Part shown: positions 19,222 to 27,853 of the stretch, piece by piece
How positions within the stretch are numbered: position 1 is the first letter of the stretch
Layout of the letters: every line of letters begins with the position of its first letter
From: Bacilli bacterium
GTDB lineage: Bacteria > Bacillota_I > Bacilli_A > RF39 > UBA660
Direction of reading: 5' to 3'
NCBI GenBank assembly: GCA_016295795.1
Contig: JAEDKN010000003.1
Coordinates: 1,680-65,679, forward strand
DNA length: 64,000 nucleotides
Notes under the pieces: generated by a model
The model's input: the letters and a program-made list of their open reading frames with translations, nothing else
Told to the model about the DNA's origin: nothing
Databases searched by the model: none
Translations under genes and position numbers: made by a program

Positions 19222-19686
19222 TTATTTCAATACATCTATATTAAAGTACATGGCAACTTTTAAAATCGCACTTTTCTTATATCTTTTTAAAGCGCTTCTA
19301 TCACTATAATGTAATTTTTCACATATATCGGCATCTGTTTCATAATTTAAATATCCATTAAAGAATACATATTCTTCCAAAGTAAATCTTTGAAATACTT
19401 CTGTAAGTTTTGTATAAAACTCAGAAGCTTCAAAATCAACTTTTCTAATAGCTTTATTTCCAACTGGATCACTATTTCTAAAATTGTTCTTATCAAAAAC
19501 AATATTACCTTTATTATCTTGTCCAGGTGGAAGAACTCCAGCAGCTATATATAAGTATTCTTCATACGCATCTCTAACTACTGAATCAACATTCTTTTTA
19601 GATGCCTCGTAATTTCTTTTTTCAACTAACCCCTTACCCAATACATTATTCTTTAGCAACTCCTCTTGTTTAACCATGATACTCAT
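19222..19686 (-). CDS. ArpU/sigma-70 region-4-like transcriptional regulator
   Basis: 154 aa. C-terminal ETDADICEKLHYSDRSALKRYKKSAILKVA resembles the sigma region 4 / ArpU HTH found in Tn916-type elements (Orf7-like). Confidence 0.55.
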   Translation of the reverse strand: MSIMVKQEELLKNNVLGKGLVEKRNYEASKKNVDSVVRDAYEEYLYIAAGVLPPGQDNKGNIVFDKNNFRNSDPVGNKAIRKVDFEASEFYTKLTEVFQRFTLEEYVFFNGYLNYETDADICEKLHYSDRSALKRYKKSAILKVAMYFNIDVLK

Positions 19687-19700
19687 AAACTATACCCTCC

Positions 19701-19738
19701 AACGAAAAAGAGAGCAACCGATAGCGATTGACTCTCTC
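19701..19738 (-). terminator. Intrinsic terminator/attenuator between the leader ORF and the ArpU-like gene
   Basis: Minus strand GAGAGAG-T-CAATCG-ctat-CGGTTG-CTCTCTT followed by TTTCGTT. The 5' arm overlaps the TGA stop (19737-19739) of the 37-codon ORF. Confidence 0.6.
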
Positions 19739-19850
19739 AACTCTTATTAGATCCAGCTTCCTTAGGGGCAAAAGATGGTAAAGTAACAACAGTATTTACT
19801 GTCGAGTTAGTATTATAAGATTTGAACTCACTATTCCAACTCATTAACAT
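19737..19850 (-). CDS. 37-aa leader ORF, not in the ORF track
   Basis: AGGAG SD 4 nt upstream of the ATG at 19850. MLMSWNSEFKSYNTNSTVNTVVTLPSFAPKEAGSNKS. Its stop lies inside the terminator stem. Confidence 0.4.
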   Translation of the reverse strand: MLMSWNSEFKSYNTNSTVNTVVTLPSFAPKEAGSNKS

Positions 19851-19974
19851 CAGCTCCTAATTTTGCGGATATTATTCACAAATATTGACTTATATTATAT
19901 TCTTATAAATAAAAAAATCAATATAAAAATCGAAATAATCATCATTTCTTTGACTTTTATCTCGATTTTACTAT

Positions 19975-20060
19975 ATTTTATCATTTCTGCAGTATTATAC
20001 AAGGTTCACTTTTGAGTAATAGCATGTGTACTAAAATGGGTACATAAATGAGTACTACTG
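19975..20060 (-). promoter_or_regulatory. Promoter/operator module L1 (leftward, toward leader ORF, regulator and transfer genes)
   Basis: Minus strand TTGTAT (rc 19997-20002) -16 nt- TAAAAT (rc 19975-19980). Upstream GTGAACC and GTACTAAAATGGGTAC / GTAC boxes (20026-20060). Inverted homolog of 25648-25714. Confidence 0.45.
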
Positions 20061-20079
20061 AATTAAAAAAGATAGATAA

Positions 20080-20397
20080 TTACTTGTTATCTATCATTTC
20101 TACTAATGAATCAAATTCTTTGTTTTCGATATAATTTGATAATTTTTCAAAATATTCAATTGAACTTTTTTCATCATCAAATACTTTAGTTCCTACATTT
20201 GAAATAATCTTGTCTTTTGTTTTACCAGCAAACATATATACTTCATATTTATTTAAATCTAATACATAATTAACAATACATCCTATATCATATTCATTAA
20301 TAGGATTATATACTCTAATTACTTTTTTCTCTAATGTAGAATCTGTTAGTTCTCGTGAAGCGGATTCTATGATGTTAATAAATTCATATATATTCAT
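20080..20397 (-). CDS. Hypothetical protein
   Basis: 105-aa ORF with SD GAGGTGA, after the helicase terminator. No motif recognised. Confidence 0.5.
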   Translation of the reverse strand: MNIYEFINIIESASRELTDSTLEKKVIRVYNPINEYDIGCIVNYVLDLNKYEVYMFAGKTKDKIISNVGTKVFDDEKSSIEYFEKLSNYIENKEFDSLVEMIDNK

Positions 20398-20502
20398 AGT
20401 AGCTGTTCACCTCTGTTATATATATTATACATTGCATGTGCTATTTAATATACATTTATTTTATTTTTTTATCAATATATAAAAGAAAAAAGTAGAAAAT
20501 AT

Positions 20503-23379
20503 CTACTTTCTAATTTCTAAATGACCTTCTATAAAGGCATTAGGGTAAAGAAATTGCTTTTCGCCAGATTTAAAATTAACTTTAATATGAGTTCTTTTCA
20601 AATCTATCCATGAAACACTACCAATACCAAATGATTTATGTTCTACAAAAGATCCAATATCCAATTCATCTAAATCAGCTAATATTTGATTTTTTTCTTC
20701 TTCAGATATTTTAGGAATTTCTTTCTTCGGTTCTTTACGCACATCAAATATCATATTTGTAACCTTTTCATGTTCTTCTTGTAATTCTTCAATTTCTTGA
20801 TCAGGTTCTATTTCATAATTCATAGAACTTTGTTGATTTACAAATAAACGTTCAAATTCTTCTTTTTTAATAATAGTATCCCATCCACCAATTTCATCAT
20901 CAGATGAATGTTTATTAATACCAGAATAAGATAAACTTGAATCTTCATATCTTTTAAATTTAAAGATAGCTTCATTCATTAAGCTTGAATTAAATACTCC
21001 AATACTACAAAGTATTTCAAAATCCTTTGTTGTTAAACCAGTAACTTTCTTAAATAATTCTGGTTCTAATTGTGTAATTACATCTTGAAGAGATCTTTCA
21101 CGATAGTCTGTTAAGTACATAAATACAGGAATTCTCGTTGCAAATTTAATTAATTTTTCTTGTATTTGTTTTCTCAATGATTTATTTTTCTTTTCTTCTT
21201 CATCAATCTCTTTCTTCTCTTTTTCTGTCAATTTTTCAACTTCAGCTTTGGCTTTCTTTATTTTTTCAGATTTATTAATAATCGTTTCAACTACGTTATT
21301 TCCTAAAGATCTAAAACCTTCAATATGCATTATTGCATCTAAAGCTTCTTTATTATCTATTAATCTTCTTAAAGTATCATTATCTACATTAACTAATAAA
21401 GCAGACTCCCATCTTCTAGCTAAAAGAGTTGCAGAAGTTCCAGACATAGCAATATCCAAAACATCTTGAGCACTAATTTGTCTCATTGAAGAACCATCGT
21501 AAGCTAATACCGGTAAGAAATTAATAAAGTTAGCTACACTTTTTTCAGGATTTGATTCATGTATATCTAATTGACAACTATAATCAGCTATTTCTTTTAA
21601 TGCACGATCTAACGAAAAATCAAATACATAACATTCTTGTTTCATTATTTCTTTTTCATTCTTATCATTTGTAATTTCCCATGGTGATTGACATCTAAAT
21701 GCTGTTTGAAAATATGTTTCTGGGCTTTTTAAATTTCTTAGCATAAATACAGCAGACCAAGGTCTAACAGTTACTCCAGTAGTTAATTTTCCACATGATA
21801 AAGTTATTGTTTTTGTCTTTAATGGATCATCCATTGCAGATTGAACTGGGTTCAACGCATCTAGACCAATTCCAGCTTTTGTTCCAGAACAATTTATTAT
21901 TTTATAATCATGGTAGAATGTATTTTGCTTTTGTTTTAACAATTCTTCCATTGCATCACATGAAGCAACATTTGGCATAAACCATAATGTATGTTGCAAA
22001 GCAGCCAATAATCTTGCATCAGAAAATGGCATTGGAGGTCTCTTATCTTGTCCTAATTTCAAATCATCTATACTTGATGGCAAATATGAACCTCTTATTA
22101 AATCCAACCATTTTTGAACTTCATTTTCATATTTAAATTTTGCAACACCATCAACTTTTTCAGCAGAAAAGAAAACGTTCAAGTCAAACTCATTAAATTC
22201 TCCTTGCATCGCAATTTGTCTTATGCTATCAGGAATTTTATACGTTAACATAACCATTCTAGGCAATGATAAATATGGATTATTTGAACCAATCCATTCT
22301 TGCTTAGCTGTTTGTTCATCAGAATAAGTCCAACTAAATATTTGCTCCTCAATAAACTCACCAGAGTTTATAGCTCTAAAAGGAGTACCAGATAAAAATA
22401 AATAATACTTCGTTGTTATTGGTAAAAAACTTTCATTAAATGCATTATCTGCCTCTTCTTTTTTATACTTTTCAACATCAAATTCTAATTCTGATTCTTC
22501 ATTTGTTACCTCAAATAATTTAGAAGCTTTTTCTCTCCAAGCACCATAATGATATTCATCAAAAATTACTAAATCCCAATTTTCGTTATGAATAAATTCA
22601 TTTTTTGCTTTAATTCCTCCATTATCATTAGTACCTAATAAATCTTGAAATGAACCGAATACAACAATAGGATTTGATTTATCAGCATTTTCATACATCT
22701 TATCTATACTTATTTGATTAAATTGTGCGTCTTTGTTGGAAATAAATTGCCAATTATCAAAATCTATATGAGTTAATAAATCTTCGGCCCACGCAGATTC
22801 AACAGCTGGTTTAAATGTTAAAATTAATATTCTTTTCAAATCCATTTTTTTAGCTAATTGATATGATGCAAAAGTCTTTCCAAATCTCATTTTTGCGTTC
22901 CATAAAAATTTTGGAGCAGAAACTGGATCATCAATTAAAGCTTCATTATAATACTCAATAGTTCTATTAACAGCTCTTACTTGCTCTGGTCTCATTTTAA
23001 AAGTATTAACTCTATCTTTTGAATATTTGACACCTGTTTTTAATTCTAAAATAGCATTTTTTACTTCATTTAAATCACACTTAAACCATTCATTTTTATC
23101 TATGTCAGAATTTAATTGTAATATTCCATTTCTTTTTAAAATCTTATGAACATCTTTATCAGTAAATACTGTTCCGTCACATCTTATTGATGATTCTGAA
23201 TATATAATTTTGTATGGTACAGCGCTAGTATGAAGTTGTTCTTGAATTCTCTCTTCAACAGCTCTTTCGGTATATCCTACTTTTATATAACCTTTATGTG
23301 ATTCAACACCAATCAATTCATAAACATATATAGTAGGATTAACATTTGGTCTGGAAGGAAAAAAATCAATTTGTTCCAT
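20503..23379 (-). CDS. T5orf172/GIY-YIG-like domain + SF2 (type III Res-like) helicase + C-terminal UvrD/PcrA-type Tudor-like domain
   Basis: N-terminal IYVYELIG...GYIKVGYTERAVEERIQEQ...NEWF (T5orf172-like). RFGKTF Walker A-like and FDEYHYGAW (DExH). C-terminal GSFVEHKSFGIGSVSWI...VNFKSGEKQFLYPNAF like the PcrA/UvrD C-terminal domain. Start set to the ATG at 23379 (TAATG overlap, SD GGAGGGG). Confidence 0.7.
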   Translation of the reverse strand: MEQIDFFPSRPNVNPTIYVYELIGVESHKGYIKVGYTERAVEERIQEQLHTSAVPYKIIYSESSIRCDGTVFTDKDVHKILKRNGILQLNSDIDKNEWFKCDLNEVKNAILELKTGVKYSKDRVNTFKMRPEQVRAVNRTIEYYNEALIDDPVSAPKFLWNAKMRFGKTFASYQLAKKMDLKRILILTFKPAVESAWAEDLLTHIDFDNWQFISNKDAQFNQISIDKMYENADKSNPIVVFGSFQDLLGTNDNGGIKAKNEFIHNENWDLVIFDEYHYGAWREKASKLFEVTNEESELEFDVEKYKKEEADNAFNESFLPITTKYYLFLSGTPFRAINSGEFIEEQIFSWTYSDEQTAKQEWIGSNNPYLSLPRMVMLTYKIPDSIRQIAMQGEFNEFDLNVFFSAEKVDGVAKFKYENEVQKWLDLIRGSYLPSSIDDLKLGQDKRPPMPFSDARLLAALQHTLWFMPNVASCDAMEELLKQKQNTFYHDYKIINCSGTKAGIGLDALNPVQSAMDDPLKTKTITLSCGKLTTGVTVRPWSAVFMLRNLKSPETYFQTAFRCQSPWEITNDKNEKEIMKQECYVFDFSLDRALKEIADYSCQLDIHESNPEKSVANFINFLPVLAYDGSSMRQISAQDVLDIAMSGTSATLLARRWESALLVNVDNDTLRRLIDNKEALDAIMHIEGFRSLGNNVVETIINKSEKIKKAKAEVEKLTEKEKKEIDEEEKKNKSLRKQIQEKLIKFATRIPVFMYLTDYRERSLQDVITQLEPELFKKVTGLTTKDFEILCSIGVFNSSLMNEAIFKFKRYEDSSLSYSGINKHSSDDEIGGWDTIIKKEEFERLFVNQQSSMNYEIEPDQEIEELQEEHEKVTNMIFDVRKEPKKEIPKISEEEKNQILADLDELDIGSFVEHKSFGIGSVSWIDLKRTHIKVNFKSGEKQFLYPNAFIEGHLEIRK

Positions 23380-24902
23380 TATTCTTCCCCTCCATCCCAT
23401 GGTTTAATCATCGATTCAATAAAAGTAATTTCCTCATCATTTAAAGAAAATTTTTCATATAACTTTTTATCATTCCATTCTTCTTTAAAGTCCAATAATG
23501 GAACAAAGCAAAATTTATCTCTTGTAATATTCATTGATGTTAAAGCTTGCAATAATAAGAATCTAGCAAATTTTGTATGAAGATAATTCTCCAAATTTTG
23601 TGCTTCAATAATATTGTCATATTCTCCAACACATAAGTAAGATTCTGTACAAACATATTTAGGTTCTAAAAGAGCTACTTTAGCCAAAACCTTTACTTGA
23701 CCGTTTTCATCTGTTTCTCCAATATGTCCAGATAAAGCTTTACCTATAATAACCTTATATTTGTCTATTAAATTTTTTCCAGTAGTAACTTTTTCTTCTT
23801 CAATATATGAATTACCTTTACTAGATACTAAGAATAAATCATTATCTTGAAATTCTTCATGACCTCTTTCAAAAGAATCTAATCCAAATGGCTTTCTTGA
23901 TGTAATTATTTCAGATAACATCTTATATCCACTATCATTGATTTTATGAATAATCGATAAAGCATCATTATATCGTATAAATAATTCAAATTCATTTAAT
24001 TTACGATTTTGAACTATTCTATCTTTTCCTATAACATTAGTAAATTCACAATCACCATTATATTGTTTATCCCATAAGAAATACATTACACCACCACTTA
24101 TATTATTAGATGGGAAGCAATCTTTAGCATTAGGATAATCAACTATTTTAGAAAATCTTCTGTCATTTAAAGTTTCTTCTCTAAAAGCATCTAAACCTTT
24201 TCCTCCGGCAAACCATCGTGAAGGAATAATCATCGATAAGTATCGAGGTTGTAATTTAATAGCTTGGCTTATAAATAATTGATATATAGGTTTTGCACTA
24301 GATCCATTTCCACCATCTGATAATTGATATGGTGGATTTCCAATAATAACGTCAAATTTCATATTAAATATCTCCTCAACTTTCTTAGTGTGTATAAATT
24401 CATATGCGTGAGTTTCTAAATCTTCTGTTCTATTATATTGAAGTTTAGATGCACCGCAATAATAACATTTGTCACCAACCCATGAGTGATTAACTTTTTT
24501 AAATCTAATATTTCCCTCAGAATTGTCGAATTTTGCAATTGAATATTCGCCATTTGGCCATTTAGAACAATAAACACTTCTTCTAGATACCAAACTTGTT
24601 AATTCAGTTATTGATATTCCATATAATTGTTTTTTAAAGATATGTTCAATTCTTTCATCTAAATCAGGAATTTGATTTTCAAGACCAACAATTAATCTTT
24701 TAGCAATTTCTCTTAGGAAAACGCCGGTTTTACATGCAGGATCTAAAAAAGTAGTATCTGGATTTTTAAATAATTCTTGAGGTAACAAATCTAACATAGC
24801 ATTTACCACATCAGGTGTAGTAAAAACCTCATCATTCGATAAATTTGCTAAACAAGATAACACATCTGGATTATATAAATTTTCTAATAAACCATTATTC
24901 AT
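23379..24902 (-). CDS. N6-adenine DNA methyltransferase (Eco57I/TaqI-like gamma class) with C-terminal specificity region
   Basis: Motif X TTPDVVNAMLDL, motif I FLDPACKTGVFL, motif IV VIIGNPPYQ; ~250-aa C-terminal TRD-like part. Confidence 0.8.
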   Translation of the reverse strand: MNNGLLENLYNPDVLSCLANLSNDEVFTTPDVVNAMLDLLPQELFKNPDTTFLDPACKTGVFLREIAKRLIVGLENQIPDLDERIEHIFKKQLYGISITELTSLVSRRSVYCSKWPNGEYSIAKFDNSEGNIRFKKVNHSWVGDKCYYCGASKLQYNRTEDLETHAYEFIHTKKVEEIFNMKFDVIIGNPPYQLSDGGNGSSAKPIYQLFISQAIKLQPRYLSMIIPSRWFAGGKGLDAFREETLNDRRFSKIVDYPNAKDCFPSNNISGGVMYFLWDKQYNGDCEFTNVIGKDRIVQNRKLNEFELFIRYNDALSIIHKINDSGYKMLSEIITSRKPFGLDSFERGHEEFQDNDLFLVSSKGNSYIEEEKVTTGKNLIDKYKVIIGKALSGHIGETDENGQVKVLAKVALLEPKYVCTESYLCVGEYDNIIEAQNLENYLHTKFARFLLLQALTSMNITRDKFCFVPLLDFKEEWNDKKLYEKFSLNDEEITFIESMIKPWDGGEE

Positions 24903-24903
24903 A

Positions 24904-25554
24904 TTAATTAATTCCTCCTAAATTTCTATAATGAGCTATATATTGCTTTAAAAATTTTCCGTTTTTTTCATTATCGGAAAGTAAAGATAATTGTGATTCA
25001 TCCTTGTTTACTAGTTCATCAAAAGTATAATCTTTTCTTTGCATTCTTGCATCATTAAATGGGAAAGTCCACTCCGAAAAAACTATAGGATCACTTATAT
25101 CATTTCCATTCTCGTCAACTTTTAACAATGTTAGTGCATTTCCACAAACTATATTTTTACTTAATATATATTTTGCTGAATTAACTGTTTGTTCATTATA
25201 ATCTTTTTTACAATTTTTTTTATATGTCCTATCCCACAAATCGAAAAGTCTATCTCTACATGTTATTACATTATCATTCAAAAGTTCTACACCATATAAA
25301 CTCCCAATAGCTAACAATGAAAATCTTTCAAAATCATAACTACTTTTTTTATACTTTTTCTCAACAATAGTCAATTTTCGTTTTAATATTTCAATTAAAA
25401 AATTTCCATCACCACATGCAGGCTCCAAAAACCTAGAATCAATTCTTTCAGTTTCTTGCAATACAAGATCACACATAGCATTTACTTCTCTTTCATTTGT
25501 AAATACTTCTCCGTGGTCTGCTACTCTTTCTTTAGACTTAACTTGTTTTCCCAT
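24904..25554 (-). CDS. Methyltransferase-like protein with the SAM-binding half only (no NPPY motif)
   Basis: GEVFTNEREVNAMCDL (motif X), FLEPACGDGNFL (motif I), NIVCGNAL. Ends before any (D/N)PP(Y/F). Start trimmed to the ATG at 25554 (SD GGGGTGAG). Confidence 0.55.
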   Translation of the reverse strand: MGKQVKSKERVADHGEVFTNEREVNAMCDLVLQETERIDSRFLEPACGDGNFLIEILKRKLTIVEKKYKKSSYDFERFSLLAIGSLYGVELLNDNVITCRDRLFDLWDRTYKKNCKKDYNEQTVNSAKYILSKNIVCGNALTLLKVDENGNDISDPIVFSEWTFPFNDARMQRKDYTFDELVNKDESQLSLLSDNEKNGKFLKQYIAHYRNLGGIN

Positions 25555-25647
25555 AAACTCACCCCAATTCAAGTTTTATATCACGTGTTTATTATAACAC
25601 ATAAATACAATTTTCCCTATAACTTTAAGGAAATTACACAATTATAA

Positions 25648-25714
25648 TCCCACATTTGTACCCCTTTTAGTACCCATAAATGAACCTTGCATAAAACTAC
25701 TAAAATGATACAAT
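25648..25714 (+). promoter_or_regulatory. Promoter/operator module R1 (rightward, toward xis-int)
   Basis: TTGCAT (25687-25692) -16 nt- TACAAT (25709-25714). Upstream GTACCCCTTTTAGTACCC and ATGAACC. Inverted homolog of 19975-20060. Confidence 0.45.
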
Positions 25715-25742
25715 ATTATAAACTAGAGAAAATTGTATATAA

Positions 25743-25768
25743 GAAAGGAATTACTCCTTTCTTTTTTT
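25743..25768 (+). terminator. Intrinsic terminator in the xis-int leader
   Basis: GAAAGGA-attac-TCCTTTC followed by TTTTTTT. Lies between the R1 promoter and the xis SD. Confidence 0.6.
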
Positions 25769-25784
25769 GTTGGGAGGAATGAAT

Positions 25785-26015
25785 ATGTCTATTGAGGAAA
25801 CAATTAATCTATTAAAAAAACAATGGTGTTCTATCGAAGATCTAATGAAATTAGCACAAGTTAGTAGAACTAAGGCTTATAACATTAAAAATGATATTAG
25901 TGAAAATTTAGAAGAACAAGGATTTAAATTACCATTAGGTTTATTACCTATGATAGAAGTCGTTAAATATCTAAGAATTGATTTAGATTACTTGGAAAGA
26001 ATGTCAAAACTATAA
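25785..26015 (+). CDS. Excisionase-like small HTH protein
   Basis: 76 aa immediately upstream of the integrase. WCSIEDLMKLAQVSRTKAYNIKNDI is HTH-like. Start at the ATG 6 nt after GGGAGGA. Confidence 0.55.
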   Translation: MSIEETINLLKKQWCSIEDLMKLAQVSRTKAYNIKNDISENLEEQGFKLPLGLLPMIEVVKYLRIDLDYLERMSKL

Positions 26016-26136
26016 TTTGCCTATTGCATGAGATGAGAGGCAAAATGATTTTGAAATTTTAATATTTTGTGCTATGGTGGAGTTGTCAAAAGATTGGCTA
26101 ACAAAACTTTAAGCAGAAAATCAAGGAGGATGAAAT

Positions 26137-27270
26137 ATGTCTGTTAAACAAGTAAAAAAAGAGTTAGCCACTAAAGACGGTAGACGTTGGATATTTTATA
26201 TTAGAGCCGAAGATAATATGGGAATAAAGAAAAAGTATAATTCAAAGAAATATATGACTAGAAAAGAAGCCGAAGAAGCTGAAAAAGAGTTTAAAATTAA
26301 GATGGCTAAAAAAGAATTAAATCTATCTGACATGACTTTTAAAGATCTTTGGGAAGAATTTTATGATTATAAAATGGATAAGGTTAAGAAAAATACATTA
26401 TATGGTTACAGAAAAAATATATGTAGATTAGAATACTTTATGAAAATTAAAATCAAAGACCTATCAATACAAGATTATCTTTTTTGGAGAAGTACAATAG
26501 TTAAATTACCATTAGCGGTTAAAACAAAAAATGGATATTATAAACTATTAAAAGCTATTTTAAACTATGGAGTTAAATGGCACGATTTCAATTTTACGAG
26601 TATATATAATAAAATGGAAAAGTTCACTGATCCTAATGGTATGGTAAAAGAAATGAAATTCTATACACCAGAAGAATTTAAAAAATTTATTTCTTGTGAA
26701 GATGAACTTCAATTCATTACTTTCTTTAAGACATTATATTTTTGTGGATTAAGAATTGGAGAAATATCTGCTCTAACTTGGGAAGATATAGATTTAGATA
26801 AACATACTATAACTATAAATAAAAGTTTATCTTATATTGAAGGAGAATATTATACTTCTAGACCTAAAACTAAAAACAGTATAAGAACATTACCAATGCC
26901 TAACTCTTTATATGAAGATTATGTTAAATTTTATGAAGAATCAAAAAAATATTATAATTTCAAAAATTCATGGTACGTATTTGGTCAAACAAAACCTTTC
27001 AGTGGTGAGTATTTAAGAAAAAGAAAAAGAAGAATAGCTGATGAAGCTGGAGTTAAACAAATAAGAATACATGATTTTAGGCATAGTTGTGCTTCATTAC
27101 TCATTAATAATGGTGCTAATGTTATGGTTGTAGCAAAATATCTTGGCCATGCTAAAATTGATGTAACATTAAATACCTACTCTCATCTATTCAATAATAA
27201 GATGGAAGATATAGTTAACTTAGTTGATAAAGTGTACACAGAAGAACAAACTGAGACTGATATGAACTAA
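26137..27270 (+). CDS. int: Tyrosine site-specific integrase
   Basis: GLRIGEISALTWEDID (Arg I), IRIHDFRHSCASLL (HxxR), LGHAKIDVTLNTYSHL (His/Tyr). N-terminal SAM-like domain. Confidence 0.9.
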   Translation: MSVKQVKKELATKDGRRWIFYIRAEDNMGIKKKYNSKKYMTRKEAEEAEKEFKIKMAKKELNLSDMTFKDLWEEFYDYKMDKVKKNTLYGYRKNICRLEYFMKIKIKDLSIQDYLFWRSTIVKLPLAVKTKNGYYKLLKAILNYGVKWHDFNFTSIYNKMEKFTDPNGMVKEMKFYTPEEFKKFISCEDELQFITFFKTLYFCGLRIGEISALTWEDIDLDKHTITINKSLSYIEGEYYTSRPKTKNSIRTLPMPNSLYEDYVKFYEESKKYYNFKNSWYVFGQTKPFSGEYLRKRKRRIADEAGVKQIRIHDFRHSCASLLINNGANVMVVAKYLGHAKIDVTLNTYSHLFNNKMEDIVNLVDKVYTEEQTETDMN

Positions 27271-27388
27271 TATGAATTACCACGAAAAACAACATTAAAA
27301 AAATACCATTTTTTTAACAAATTTTCCGTTTTGTCATCTAAAATGGTATCTAAAATTTTAAGAAATCGCTAAAAACCCCGTAAATACA

Positions 27389-27422
27389 ACAAAAATGCCG
27401 GCACAGGGCCGGCTTCAGGGGG
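27389..27422. repeat. Left copy of an imperfect direct repeat (candidate att / terminator-like module)
   Basis: ACAAAAATG + GCCGGC-acagg-GCCGGC hairpin + (C)TTCAGGGGG (the hairpin's last C is the first base of CTTCAGGGGG). The same flanks with a different GC hairpin recur at 37730-37764. Confidence 0.5.
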
Positions 27423-27480
27423 CGCTTTTAAAATCATACTTCTGCCTTTCTCTGATTGGTAAAACATGGTTCTACAATTC

Positions 27481-27552
27481 CCCTCAGTTCCCTGAATTTT
27501 CCCTCGTTTTCCCTCATTTTCCCTATTTTAGTGGTTGAGTGGGTGGTTGAAA
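27481..27552 (+). promoter_or_regulatory. Module A: degenerate copy of the ICE promoter/operator module upstream of the xis pseudogene
   Basis: Four TTCCCT boxes, CCCTATTTTAGTGG (27521-27534), GGGTGGTTGAAA (-35-like TTGAAA at 27547-27552). No convincing -10 at 16-17 nt. Confidence 0.4.
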
Positions 27553-27616
27553 TGAAAAATTGTTACCTAAACCTAGATTTTGGTTACCTAAATTTTATAG
27601 AAAGGAGAAAAACAAA

Positions 27617-27837
27617 ATGAAAGAAATAATAACTTATGAAGAATTAAGAAAGATAACTTCTCAAGCTTGGTTATCAGTAAATGATATAATGAAAATCACT
27701 TCAACAAGTAAACGTGCAGCATATAAAATTAAAAACTCTATTAAAGAAGATTTACTAAAAAAGGTTATTACATACCTAATGCACTATTACCTACAAGAGA
27801 AGTATTAGAATATTTAAAAATTAAAGACTCAAAATAA
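27617..27837 (+). pseudogene. Frameshifted homolog of the ICE xis-like gene
   Basis: From the ATG at 27617 (SD AAAGGAG): MKEIITYEELRKITSQAWLSVNDIMKITSTSKRAAYKIKNSIKEDLLKK parallels 25785..26015. After the A6 run (~27759-27764) homology continues in another frame (GYYIPNALLPTREVLEYLKIKDSK vs GFKLPLGLLPMIEVVKYLRID). Confidence 0.6.
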
Positions 27838-27853
27838 ATTGAATCTTTCTTAT

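Larger units (their letters stand above)
1..27422. mobile_element. Integrative conjugative element (ICE), right-hand ~27 kb; left end outside the window
   Basis: Contiguous minus-strand conjugation block (VirD4-type coupling protein, relaxase, VirB4 ATPase, VirB6-like protein, M23 hydrolase, SSBs, sortase+adhesin). It ends with plus-strand Xis-like and tyrosine integrase genes (25785-27270). Right boundary placed by inference at the ACAAAAATG-hairpin-CTTCAGGGGG repeat (27389-27422). Confidence 0.75.
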
